Part shown: positions 1 to 12,672 of the stretch, piece by piece
How the letters are laid out: each line of letters begins with the position of its first letter
How positions within the stretch are numbered: the first letter of the stretch is position 1
Origin: the human T2T-CHM13v2.0 reference genome, Homo sapiens
Direction: 5' to 3' (one strand)
Assembly (NCBI RefSeq): GCF_009914755.1
Contig: NC_060926.1
Length of the DNA: 64,000 nt
The notes under the pieces: generated by a model
What the model saw: only the letters and a program-made list of their open reading frames with translations
Told to the model about the DNA's origin: nothing
The model's database searches: none
Made by a program: the position numbers and the translations under genes

Positions 1-132
1 AAGGGAATAAAACATTTAGAATTCATTTGAAGCAATAAAGGCAATATAAAATTACTTAATTTGATAAACTGTATTTAATAAAATATGTTTGCTCTACATA
101 CTGGCAAAAAACATGTTTGTTTAGGGCTTGAT

Positions 133-284
133 TGTATATATGTTTACTGTACACATATATACTGTACACATATATGTACACATATACTGTACACATACTG
201 TACACATATATGTACACATACTGTACACATACTGTACACATATATGTACACATATATGTGTGCATGTGTGTGTATGTGTGTACT
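133..284. repeat. Low-complexity (TGTACACATA[TA/C])n / TG-TA microsatellite
   Basis: Repeated 10-12 nt units such as tgtacacatac and tgtacacatata; explains the three YMCT/HIYV-type ORFs at 56-338. Confidence 0.9.
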
Positions 285-396
285 GCATTTAGGGCACCCA
301 GAAATCACAAGGATTTGAAAAGATTATTACCATTTTAAAGATCAGGAATATTCTTTTCAGAGATTAATCTGGAGATTAATGTGTTACAATCTGGAG

Positions 397-1058
397 AGGA
401 AACAACAGATGCTGGAGAGGTTGTGGAGAAATAGGAACACTTTTACACTGTTGCTGGGAGTGTAAATTAGTTCAACCATTGTGGAAGACAATGTGGCGAT
501 TCCTCAAGGATCTAGAACCAGAAATACCATTTGACCCAGCCATCCCATTCCTGGGTATATACCTAAAGGATTATAAATCATGCTGCTATAAAGACACATG
601 CACATGTATGTTTATTGTGGCACTGTTCACAATAGCAAAGACTTGGAACCAACCCAAATGCCCATCAATGATAAACTGGATAAAGAAAATGTGGCACATA
701 TACACCATGGAATACTACGCAGCCATAAAAAGTGATGAGTTCATGTCCTTTGCAGGGACATGGATGAAGCTGGAAACCATCATTTCAGCAAACTAAAACA
801 AGAACAGAAAAGCAAACACCGCATGTTCTCACTCATAAGTGGGAGTTGAACAATGAGAACACATGGACACAGGGAGGGGAACATCACACACTGGGGCCTG
901 TTGGAGGGTGGAGGCCTAGGGGAAGGAGAGCATTAGGAAACATACCTAATGTAGATGACAGGTTGATGGGTGCAGCAAACCACCATGGAACAAACCTGGA
1001 AGTTCTGCACATGTATCCCAGAAGTTAACATATAATAAAAAAAAATAAAAAAAAAAAT
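397..1058 (+). mobile_element. 5'-truncated L1PA (approx. L1PA6-8), ORF2 C-terminus + 3'UTR + A-tail
   Basis: ORF 479-796 is the ORF2p C-terminus (WRFLKDLEPEIPFDPAIP...WNQPKCPS). The 3'UTR gcattaggaaacatacctaatgtagatgacaggttgatgggtgcagcaaaccaccatgg is followed by an A-tail at 1034-1060. It appears inserted in a MIR remnant. Confidence 0.9.
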
Positions 1059-2077
1059 AATCAGAGCGAGAATTTGAATCCTGTCTTTCTCTATCCAAAG
1101 TGCTTTCATTTTGCTGCTGCTACTATGCTGCTCCTTAGTAATGAGTTTTTGAAAATTGGGAGTGGTGCTGACAATTTCATAATCCATCATAATAAAAATA
1201 AAGTAAGCATTTTTATTATTTTCCATAACTGAAAAAATTGGAAACAGTAAATAAACATAAAACTGTTGGTCTTAATAATTAAAATAATTTAAATTTAAGA
1301 CACTGGATACATTTTTAATGATAATATTCAGTGGTGGCCACAGTTCAGTGAAAAGATAGTTTGTTTCTGCTTCCAACAGTTATAAAAAGAACTATCTTTT
1401 GGAGGTCAAATTGGCAATGTATAAATGTATATCAAGAATGTATTCTAAACGTTAATATTTTTTACTCAGTAAGTCAACTCCTGAGATTATATTCTAAGAA
1501 TCATCACATAATTCTACATAAGGTATGTTCATTACATTTATAAAATAACAAAAAAATTGGTAATATCTTCAGTGCAAATGAGTAAACAATGATCACTATG
1601 GAAATTCCATATGAAGAAATTTTATTTAGCTTTAATGTCATGATTTCATGGAATTTCATAACATAATAAATGTTTTTGATATAATCTTAACTAATAGTAA
1701 CAATTTATAAAATTATATTATGCCATATCATTTCTATTTTCTGTTAAGTCTGTTCCTTTCTGTATGTGACTGGAAGTCAGAAAGTTAGTTTACAGCCTCT
1801 TCGTGTTGACAGTGTTTATCTCTGGTGTTGCATCTAAGCAGTAATAAGTTCACTGAGTAATGGGGAAGAGAAGGGGAGGCAAGACTGATTATCTTCATTT
1901 GTCCCCAAAGGAGGTCCCATAAGAAGACTGAGAAGTAATTATTGTTCCAAAATAAGCAACTCCCCAGGATAAGCACCAAAAGGAAGTATTCAAGTTCTTA
2001 ACCAAAAGTCTAATTAATATCAAAGGAGCAGTTGAGTGTGGGAAGAACAGAAGGTATAATTCATTGAAAACTTTAAG

Positions 2078-4348
2078 ACATAAAAGCTATATATGACAAA
2101 CCACAGCTAATGCCATACTTAATGGGGAGAAGCTTAAAGCTTTTTCTTTAAGATCTGGAACAAAACGAAGATGCCCACTCTCACCATGCTTACCACTCCT
2201 ATTTCATATAGTACTGGAAGCCCTAGCCAGGGCAATTAGGCAAGATAAAGAAATGAAAGGCATCCATATTGGAAAGGAAGGAGTTAAATGGTCTCTGTTT
2301 GCAGATGACATGATCTTTTATATAGAACACCCTATAGACTCCACCAAAAAATTATTAGAACTAATAAACAAGTTCAATAAAGTTGCAGGATATATCAACA
2401 TACAAAAATCAGTATTGTTTCTATAAATTAATAACAAACTATCCAAAAAAGAAATCAAGAAAACAACCTCGTTTTTAATAGCTACCAAAATATTACTTAG
2501 AAATAAATTTAACTAAGGAAGTGAAAGATTTATAAAATAAAAGCTATAAAACATTGATCAAAGGAATTGAAGATGACAAATAAACAGAAATAAATCCCAT
2601 GTACATGGACTAGAAGAATCCAATTGTTAAATTGTCCATCCTACCCAAAGCCATCTACAGACTGAATGCAATCTCTATCAAAATACAAATAACATTCTTC
2701 ACAGCAATGGAAAAAAAACAATCCTAAAATGTATGTGGAAGCACAAAAGACCCTGAATAGCCAAATCAATCTTGGGCGAAAAGAGCAAACCTGGAGTATC
2801 ACACTACCTGACCTCAGAATATACTGCAAAGATATAATAATCAAAACAGGATGATACTGGCATAAAAACAGACACATAGACCAATGGAAAAAAATAAAGA
2901 GCCCAGCTAAATTTACATATTTACAGTTGACTGATTTTTGACAAAGGTGACAAAAACACACACTGAGGAAAGGACAGCCTCTTCACTAAATGGTGTTTGG
3001 AAAACGGAACATCGATATGCAGAAGAATTAAACCATTACCTCATGCCATATAGAAAAACCAGCTCACAATAAATATTTAAATTTAAAACAAGAAACTGTA
3101 ACACTACTAGAAGAAAATGTATCTGAACAGCTGTATAATACTTGTCTGGACAATGAATTTTTGGATACGAACTCAAAAACACAGGCAACAAAAGCAAAAA
3201 TAGACAAATGGTATTACACTAAACTAAAAAGCACTTGTATAGCAAAGGAAATACTCAATAGAGAGTCGGCCTACAGAGTGGAAGAGCATATTTGCAAATA
3301 TACATTTGATACGGGTTTAATATTCAAAATATATAAGGAAATCAAGCAACTCAATAGCCAAAAAAAAAAAAACCTGATAAAAAATAGTCAAAGGATCTGA
3401 ATAGTTCTCAAAAAAAGACATGAAATGGCCAAAAAGTATATAAAAAGTGCTTAGTCCTCAGAGAAATGCACATTAGGACCATAATGATATATCACTTCAC
3501 ACTTGTTAGAATGGATACTATCAAAAGACAGAAGATAATGTGTTGGTGAGGATATGGAGAAAGGGGGATTTCCACACACTGTTGGTAGGAATGTAAATTA
3601 GTACAGCTATTATGGAAAACAGTATGGAGGTTCTCCAAAAAATTGAAAATAGAACTACCATATGATCTAGCATTCCCACGAATAGATATACATCCAAAGG
3701 AAATGGATTTAGTATGGTGAATCGATATCTGCACTCCCATGTTTATTGCAGCATTATTCACAATAGCCAAGATATAGAATCATCTTAATTGTCCATCAGA
3801 GGATAAATGGATAAAGAAAATATGGTGTATACACACACAGTGGAATACTACTCAGCCATGAAAATAAGGGAATCTTATCATCTGTAGCAATAGGGATAAA
3901 CCTGGAGGACATTGTGTTATGTGAAAACTAAGCCAAGCACAGAATGATAAGCATCACACGGTCTTACTCATATGTGGAATCTCGAACTTTGACCCACAGA
4001 ATTAGAGAGTAGTGTGGTGGTTACCAAGAACGGGGGTGGTGTGGGGATAGGTTGGAGAGATGAGAGGGCATTGGGGAAATGGCAGTTAAAGGATATAAAT
4101 TTCCAGTTAGAAAGGAGAAATAAGTTTGAGAGATGTATTTTACAACAGGGTGATTATATTTAACATTCTATTGTATTCTAGAAAAATGGTAAGAGAGTAG
4201 ATTTGAAGTTCTCACCACAAAAATCATAACTATGTGAGGTAATGCATATGTTGATTGGCTAAATTTATTCATTGCTCAATGTATATATTCTTCAGAACAT
4301 GATGTTGTACATGGTAAATACATACAATTTTACCTGTCAATTTAAAAA
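2078..4348 (+). mobile_element. 5'-truncated old L1 (L1MA4/5-like), ORF2 RT to 3' end
   Basis: Degenerate ORF2 (tctctgtttgcagatgacatgat = FADD motif; [11 protein letters not shown]) and an L1MA-type 3' end ...tacaattttacctgtcaatttaaaaa. TSD-like aaaactttaag (2067-2077) / aaaacttttaag (4345-4356). Confidence 0.85.
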
Positions 4349-4949
4349 CTTTTAAGGCTGTTCTTTTGTTTCACTCTATCTGCTTAAGGTCCCTTACCAT
4401 CTTCTATGGAGTACTATCTGTAAACTTTTTAATTCTGCCAGAAATCTCACATCCTCTATTTGAGATTAGACTGTGATGTAATATCACCATATACGTATAA
4501 GCTATATGTGTTTTTAAGAAAAGTCACTGACCTGTTATAAATGGCTATATCTTTGCTTTCCAGCAGGGATGGAGCTGGCTCCAACTTTTTTTTTTTATAT
4601 AGTCCAAAATTTATTAAAAGATAAATGACGATGGTAATCTCATAAAGACATGCACTCCACAGTAAATCTGATAGCCTCTCAATAATAAGATCATTAGTTA
4701 ATTAAAATTTTTATTCTGTCTATAATATTTTCTTAATCTTTTCTATATTTTTTATTATTTTGTATATTCCCCCATTTTAAAATGAGCATACATTTACATT
4801 TCCTTTATACTCAGAAATACATTAACATTGTACCAATGTACTCAAAACATTTCAGCAGTAATGCTTGAAACAATTACCTACAATTTATTTAATATCTGCA
4901 TAGGATAATAATTTCCAGAATATTTATTGGTTTTACTCAAGGTGAGATA

Positions 4950-5110
4950 TAATAAAAATAACATCGGCTTGGGAAACCAATCTACGTGACCTTGGACTAA
5001 TCACTTGACTTCAGAGCATTTTTGCAATTTAAAAGCCCAGATTAGCAACACTTAGTTGCCGCAGTTTTTGTGAGATTTAAATAAAAAAAGTTAATATGAA
5101 AAATTGTAAT
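4950..5110 (+). mobile_element. MIR fragment
   Basis: gtgaccttggactaatcacttgacttc...gtttttgtgagatttaaataa resembles the MIR core. Confidence 0.5.
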
Positions 5111-5908
5111 GAACAATGTTTATTTTATAGTAGGTGGCTAGGAAGAAAAATGGTAAACTCTAAAACTGATTATTTTTTGAAAAGTTATGGATCCTCAGAG
5201 TTCTTTTTTTCTTGTGTTTTCTATGAAATGTCAAATTTTTACAGACAGACTATTTGAATTTTAATAGGTTCTACTCTGCCCCTGCCAACCCTCTATCATC
5301 CACTTCCTTCCAAAAATTGATTTTATTGTGGCCTAGATGTAAATGAATAGTTGTAAAGTATGTCCTAAATTTCTAGCAACCTGCAGGGCTCAGGCAGTTT
5401 GAATATTTTCAAGCAAGTATTTCTTATCAAAAATTCCTTGAAACATAATAAGACTGTGATTCCTGGCCAAACTCGTGAGCCAGGAAATTAAATCACTATT
5501 CTGAATGTCATTGTAGTGGTAGACTTGCTTGTAAGGTGCCTGCAGTAAACAGTTATCCTTAGAAGCTAATTGAAATATTCTTGTGAGAAGGGAGGCTATC
5601 AATTGCTGAGAATTATTGGAAAGATTGTATCTAAATATAAAATAGTATAAAAGCAAGTTGAAATTCTGCCTGGTACAATTGATACTTTAAAAGTAGATAT
5701 GGCTCCTGAGTGAATCAGTCCTCATTATTTGAACAATTTCTCTGTTCTGAGTCTGAGCAAATATTATGATGTAGAAATTGGGATGGAAGCCAGAGAACTC
5801 TGAAAAGTTGAAAGCTTGGCTCCCATTCCTAGAATAATATCCACTGAAATAAAGTAAGCCCTTGCCAGCAAGACTAAAGAACATTCAAGCAGATTAACAG
5901 TCACAATC

Positions 5909-5909
<1 letters not shown>

Positions 5910-5949
<40 letters not shown>
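5910..5949. repeat. (CA)~20 microsatellite
   Basis: Pure CA run seen directly. Confidence 0.97.
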
Positions 5950-5952
<3 letters not shown>

Positions 5953-6402
5953 TCATATTAGACTATTGATAACATAAAGAGTCTCTTTGAACTAGTGAGA
6001 TTGAAGGCAGGTTAGAAATAGGAAATGAGGTTCCAATGCTGTCACCTCTAGAAGCTCAGAAAAGCAGAACTGGTAGTAAGACATACAAGGACACCAAGGA
6101 CAGTCTTTGAACTCTCTTGAAAGGTATTCAAGCTGTTGGGACTTGATCTGGCTTTGTCTGATAAGATTGAGGATAGTTTCCCTAACAATGGAAAACCACT
6201 GTAGGATTTTAACCATGATTTTCCTGAAGTGACTATTTTCAAGTAGATACATATATATACAAAAGTTTTTAGAAATATAATGGTAGAAGTTTAGGGTATA
6301 ATGACTTAATTTACATAGAGATTAAGACAACTAAAAGTTAGATGCAGTAGTCAAGATTTGCAAGGCCCATGTTTGTAAAACCCTCCTTTAAGAACAAACA
6401 TT

Positions 6403-7135
6403 AAGAAAGTGACATTCTTGAAGAAGTAAGGTGGTATCTCACCGTGGTTTTAATTTGCATTACCCTGATAGTTAGTGACGTTGAGCATCTTTTCATATGT
6501 TTCTCGACAGTTTGTTTATCTTTTTTTGAGAATTGTCCATTCGGTATGGAGACTCCTTAAAGAACTAAAAGTAGAAATACCATCCAATCCAGTGATCTCG
6601 CTACTGGTTATCTACGCAAAGGAAAATAAGTCATTAAATGAACAATGTACTTGCACATGCATGTTTTTAGCAGCAAAATTCACAATTGCAAAAATATGGA
6701 ACCAGCCTAAACATCCAACAACTAACAAGTGGATAAAGAAAATATGGTATATGTATCCATGGAATTCTACTCAGCCATAAAAAGGAACAAAATAATGGCA
6801 TTTGCAGAAACCTGGATGGAATTGGAGACCATTATTCTAAGTGAAGTAACTCAGGAATGGAAAACCAAATACCCTATGTTCTCACTTATAAGTGAGAGCT
6901 AAGCTATGAGGATGCAAAGACATAAAAATGATATAATAGACTTTGGGGACTCGGCAGGGAAGGGTGAGAGGAGGGTGAGAAATAAAAGGCTACACATTGG
7001 GTACAGTGTACACTGCTCAAGTGACGGGTGCACCAAAATCTCAGAAATCACCACTAAAGAATTTATCCATGTAACCAAAAACCACCTGTTCCCCAAAAAC
7101 TATTGAAATAAAATATAATAAAAAAGAAAGTGCCA
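6403..7135 (+). mobile_element. L1PB1-like element with 5' inversion (twin priming)
   Basis: Antisense L1 ORF2 piece at ~6412-6542, then sense 6543-7123 ending ...ccccaaaaactattgaaataaaa plus A-tail. TSD aagaaagtgaca (6403-6414) / aagaaagtgcca (7124-7135) at a TT/AAGA site. Confidence 0.88.
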
Positions 7136-7964
7136 GTTGTAAAAATTAAAGGATATGTTAACATTTGACATTTTGAATTCCAAAGCAGATTTTGAGAATA
7201 AAAATACAAATACAGTGGTTAAGGTTTTTCTATACAATTGTGGAAAAAAATGTGATTTGAAAATAACTCAGTAAACAAGCGCGTTTGTCAAAATATCATG
7301 GAAGCATTTACCTAATTATATATATTGCTATCATTGCATACTTTGACAGTACTTTGGGTGGAGGATGTTATTTAAGTCAAAAATACAAAAAAAAAAAATA
7401 ATTTGACCACTCATAAACAGTTTGTGGAAATATATCAAAACCTTTTTTTGCATATTGGCACAAATTAAATAAAACTTGTATATAAATGTTCTTTCTTTAT
7501 ATCTAACATCACATTATATTATAAACAATTTCCATGTCATTACATTTTTGCAAACATCATTGAGTAACTAGATAATATTTCGTATTGCATGGATATAACA
7601 TAATTCATTTTTTCACTTGGAAATTTCACTATCATAATAAAAATTAAACAAACATCTTCTACATAAATATTTGCCGGAAATTATTTTTAGATTTATCTCC
7701 AGAAAAATAACTGTCTCTAAGGTTATGAAACCTTTTGTATGTTTTGATTTATACTGTAAAATTCCCTATTAAAAGTATATAGATTTACATTCTCAATTGT
7801 ATGGTAAGAATATGTTCTTTATAAGCACTTACTATTTGATACCGAATATTATAATTTTTTAAAGTTATTATTTTTCTTAGTGTCACTTTATTTGCCAATA
7901 CCTTGATGATTAGTGATATTGAGCATTTATTTTTCATACATTTATTAAGCATGTATTAGCAGGG

Positions 7965-8320
7965 TGTCTTAGTTGTTCAGGTTCCTATACAGAGTACCAT
8001 AGACTGGGTGGCTTATAAACAACAGAAATTTATTTCCCACAGTTCTGGAGGCTGAGAAGTCCAAGATCAAAGTTCCAACAGATGTGTTGTCTGTTGAGGG
8101 CTCACTTCATAGATGGCTGTCTTTTTTCTTTGTCTTCACATGGCAGAAGGGGCAAGGAGTTCTCAGGAATATCTTTCATAGTGGCACTAGTCACAATCAT
8201 GGGGACTCCACTCTCATAACCTAATTATCTCCCAAAGGCCCCACCTCTACATGCTATCACATTGAGAATGATATATCAACATAAGAATTTTGGGGGAACA
8301 CAAATATTTAGTCTATCACA
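7965..8320 (-). mobile_element. MLT1A/MLT1A0-type solo LTR (ERVL-MaLR)
   Basis: tgtcttagt...taccatagactgggtggcttataaacaacagaaatttattt...ttctggaggctgagaagtccaagatcaa...gaattttgggggaacacaaatatttagtctatcaca matches the reverse complement of MLT1A. Confidence 0.85.
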
Positions 8321-9059
8321 CAAAACAGTAATTCAGATCAAAGTAATCGTTCAGTTATCCATGCAGGGCAAGATCTAAGTCAGGTTGGCATTGCACAGCC
8401 AGCCACTTCGTACTGGCACAGAATATTGGGTGAGAATCCTACCAGATTAAGGTGATATCTCATCCTAGTGACAAGAGAAAGGCTGAGCTTGCAAGTCAAG
8501 GATTCGTGACCTCACCTGTATAGGAAGACACAGGATGCAGAATGTGGGAAACCAAGCCATCACTGGAAAAAGGCCAAACATGCATTTGAATTTGTGTTTA
8601 TTCAAATTATCTGATCTGTTGACTAGTCAATAAGTATTTATATTTACATATAAAATATTTATTTTAATACTTATATTAAATCAGATAGGTTAAGCTATAA
8701 CTTATCTGATGGATAAATATGCCACATCTTGGCACCCTAGCAGATTAGAGTATGCACACAATTATAGTTCGTAAAAAAATTATCCCCTTTGGGCAAAGGA
8801 ATCTGCTTTCATATTAGTTTAGGAAATGCCACACTTTCCGCTTTCCTCTTGGAAATTTGCATTGCTCACTAAAGTATTAAACATTCTGAGAAATATTACA
8901 GTAAAATAACTGTTTAATTTTAATCCAGCATTTACAGAATGTATTGTCAATTTTGTGTGGCGAGTTTGTTAGTATGTAACATCTATTCACCTCCACTAAG
9001 ACTGATACTCTTTACAAAACATTTTTTAAAAGCTGATAAAATAAATTAAAATATCAGAT

Positions 9060-9295
9060 TTTAGAGCTATTTAGAAATAGGTTTATGTCCTCATGCTGCC
9101 ACCCATGAATTATATAACTTACCTAAAATCTCTTGGATGATTACTTAATTTTTCTGGAAATTCATTTTCTTATCTAGAAAATTGAAATTAATAATATAAT
9201 AATTGATACACAGGACTTGTGTTAAATTAGCAAACCATATATCTATATATTATGAAACATAGAATGTTAATCAAATTTTATTATTATTATTAATA
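9060..9295 (+). mobile_element. MIR fragment
   Basis: gattacttaatttttctggaaattcattttcttatctagaaaattgaaattaataat...ttattattatt resembles the MIR core and tail. Confidence 0.5.
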
Positions 9296-11806
9296 TAGAT
9301 GTCTTTTAAGATATTCAATTTTTAACTGGAAAATCAAAATCAGTTTTTTATATAAATAGGCCTTTTGTGCTAATTTATACACTTAGCATTGTGTATGGGA
9401 AGCTTGGTATTTTGAAGTAAACACCCAGTGCCAGACATAGTCTTTTACTTTTTATCATCCATTTGAATTTAAAATATTGGCTTACAAGAAGATGTCTACC
9501 ATATTTAGGAGGAAAAAAAGTTTTAACATTATTATAAATTAATTGAATAATTTAAAAGTGCATGTATTTTTCACACATTAAAAAACCAACTAAAATGGTC
9601 ATTTCGTAGTATTCCTGTGACATAAGTAATTCACTAGATTGTCCAGGTTTTCTCCTATGAAGTAAAAAACATGAATTCTACATATATAATATTTACTCTG
9701 GGACACTTTAGCTTCTTTATATTTAAAATATGCAAAAAAGATGACTGTGTGTATACGTATATCATATTATAGACATGCCCTTGAAAATTTAGAGGCTTTA
9801 AAGATAGATGAGAGTACTAATACCACTTCATTGCTCTATGCATATTTTTGGGAAAACAACAAAATGGCCAATAATAGCTGGGAAAAAAAGGCATAGGCAC
9901 CATGTATTATTCATGCACACACAAATTCTTGTATTGAATTACATGTACTCATATTTCATTACTTTTCATCGTGCTAGAAATTCAAATTAATCATGATGCC
10001 TTTCAGCTGCTCTTGATGACAACAAAAGTCCCTGAGCATTTCTCTCCCTTGAGGCAAAAGAAGGTGAAACTCATTTGCATTGAAAAATACCATTACCTCT
10101 AAAATTTAATATTGCTTTTAACTCTCTCCAGCGTTTGGGTGGTTAGCTATGAAATTATGCCTGCTTTATAATTATTTAATTTCAGTCCATAATGAAAAGT
10201 GATTATAGAATAGCCAAAGCCTGATATAGTAAGTAGCTCTCAGAACAATTTTTGTTTTTTTCTTTTTTACCATTTTATAGAATTTATATTGAATGAGTTA
10301 CAGAATATTCCAAAGAATCTCCCTTCTTTTTCAAGACCAGATAACACTACCTTTACAAAGTATATTTGAATTTTTGCATACACTTTGGTTAGTTCTAGAG
10401 ACAATTGTGATTGGTATTGAATTTTAGTGAAATAGATGAACACATATTGCTCTGGGTTTATTTGATTAGTTAGACTGTGTAGATAAAATGTAAAATTTTA
10501 TGAATTAAAATATTCATAAATGTCTTCCTTAATCAGAATACTTAATTTTAATAATAGAAACACCCTGCTTCAACCAGATTGAGAGAAAACTCCCAGAAAT
10601 ATAATTTAGAGCAAATAATTTATTAAATGTTCGATGTGGCCAAGAGTATTGTTTCTAATGATAGAACATCATATCTACTTACGTTGAGAAATTTCTTAGG
10701 CACTTTCCTCAGCCTTTGCCCTCTCCACATGACTTGCCTCAAGCAGACTTCTTAAAATCCATATCTTTTTGGCCACAGACTTGAAATCCACATATTCACC
10801 CTCACTGGACATGTCCTCTTGAGCATGTTCCAAAAGAGACTCTTTATTTTCCTTTTACTGTGTCCTCTGTGTGACTTCCAATTTCTGCTAATATTGCCAA
10901 AGGTTATTTTTTTTAAAGATATGTTATGAATAACCCCCTAAAATAACTTGCAGAGATGGTTTAAAAAAAGTAATGAGCCCCATTTCACTCTATGGAATAT
11001 AATTTTCTCTGACAGCAACTGTGGGACTCTACTCTCTAAACCAGTGCCTAAGTCTTCCTTATGCACAATTTTGAAAATCATCACACTATATTGAACTAGC
11101 TACACATCAGCATCTCTCCTTCTCTTGGAATTCAGGACTGTTAGAACTGTTTTCCAAACTGTAGCTGTCGTCTGTATAACTTCAAATCCAATGTGCAGAA
11201 TAATTTAAAGCCATTACATGGGGATTACTGGGCCAGAAAATATGAAGAGAAATGTTTTCTATATCTGTGAATTGCCTGCCAAAACAGTGCTAACAATACT
11301 TTCAAAATTAATAATATTTAATAAGATATGTGTACTCTATGGTATTTTAAACTCAATGTAATAATTTACTCTTTTTATTTAAATTGCAGCTATTTATATT
11401 AAATAATATTATATAAACTAGAAAATGTATATTACTTAAATTTTTATCCTCAACACTGGGTAATGTCTAGCATTCTGTTTCCTATTATATAAAATTACTC
11501 AAACTTGTACTTATTTAGAACTGTGTACAAAGGATTGAAAAATTATCATTGCCAGGCTTCCTCTATTAGTATTGAAGAGAACATAAAAAGCATACAGAAG
11601 CCTTCATCACCAGCTGTTCATTTAAACAATAACCTCCACGTAGCCACATATCCTGTGTGGATGAAAATGTGCTTTTCATAAGAGGAAATGCTAGTCTCCT
11701 GTTCCCCTCTCCCCTCAGACATCTTCTTTCCAAATATCTTACCAGTGCAGGGGAATTGAAAACAAAACAAAACACAAAAACCTTCTTCTGAACCAATGTC
11801 TAGAAA

Positions 11807-11943
11807 GTTTAAAGTCTGTTTTATCAGAGACTAGGATTGCAACCCCTGCTTTTTATTGTTTTCCATTTGCTTGGTAGATCTTCCTCCATCCCTTTATTTT
11901 GAGCCTTTGTGTGTCTCTGCACGTGAGATGGGTCTCCTGATAC
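11807..11943 (-). mobile_element. Isolated internal L1PA ORF2 endonuclease-domain fragment
   Basis: 134 bp aligns to 23802-23935 with 6 mismatches. There is no A-tail or TSD, and both flanks are non-L1. Confidence 0.92.
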
Positions 11944-12474
11944 GGTTACTCTCTGCTGTTATTTGTCTTAAGCTGTGAATGAATCTTACACCATTAATAG
12001 CAATAAAATTTCTTATCTAGAGGACAGAATTAGTTTAAGTAATTTAAAACTCAGATTTTTCTCTTTATAAAATGCAGTTACCTGCAATTCATGATAGGCT
12101 ATTTATGTATCATTGTTGCTCAAACAGTGGATATTTAGTGAGTGCATCTTGTATATCATGCCTTGTATTGAAATAATACGTCATATGAAGTGAGGTTTAC
12201 ACAAGGCCTTAGAGTTAATCTCATTTAGTTTTTTAATATAACAAAAGGAAAACATCATATCACAGACAATCTTTGTCTTTAAGCTTACTGGGTACATTTC
12301 AGCAGGCTGCTGGGATGGGAAACAGCTAGAATTTGAATGAAGTAATAGCAGGGCAAGCTGTAGGACTTCCCTTGAGAAAATTAAACAGATTGGCCATTGA
12401 AAGTTACTTTCATCCTCTTGTTGATACAGAAAGAGGCCCATGGTCATGGCTAGGATGAGAAAGCAGCATTTCTT

Positions 12475-12672
12475 TTTTCCCCAACTTTTATTTTAAGTTC
12501 AGGGGTACACGTGCAGGATGTGCAGGTTTGTTACATAGGTAAACATATGCCTTGGTGGTTTGGTACACAGATCATCCCATCACCTAGGTATTAAGCTCAG
12601 CATCCTTAGTTGTTCTTCCTGACACTCTCCCTCCTCCCACCTCCCACCCTCCTACAGGCCCCAGTGTGTGTT
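12475..12672 (-). mobile_element. Short 5'-truncated L1PA10-13-type 3' end
   Basis: aacttttattttaagttcaggggtacacgtgcaggatgtgcaggtttgttacatagg...; 7-bp TSD atttctt (12468-12474 / 12673-12679). Confidence 0.85.

Noticed and set aside
56-338. Three overlapping ORFs rich in Y/M/C/T/H
   Set aside because: They are translations of the TGTACACATA microsatellite.
388-1070. TSD for the first L1 (aatctggagag / aatcagagcgag)
   Set aside because: Too degenerate to call.
4570-4596. Hairpin tggagc-tg-gctcca followed by a T-run, resembling a bacterial intrinsic terminator
   Set aside because: Mammalian DNA with a 2-nt loop; chance occurrence.
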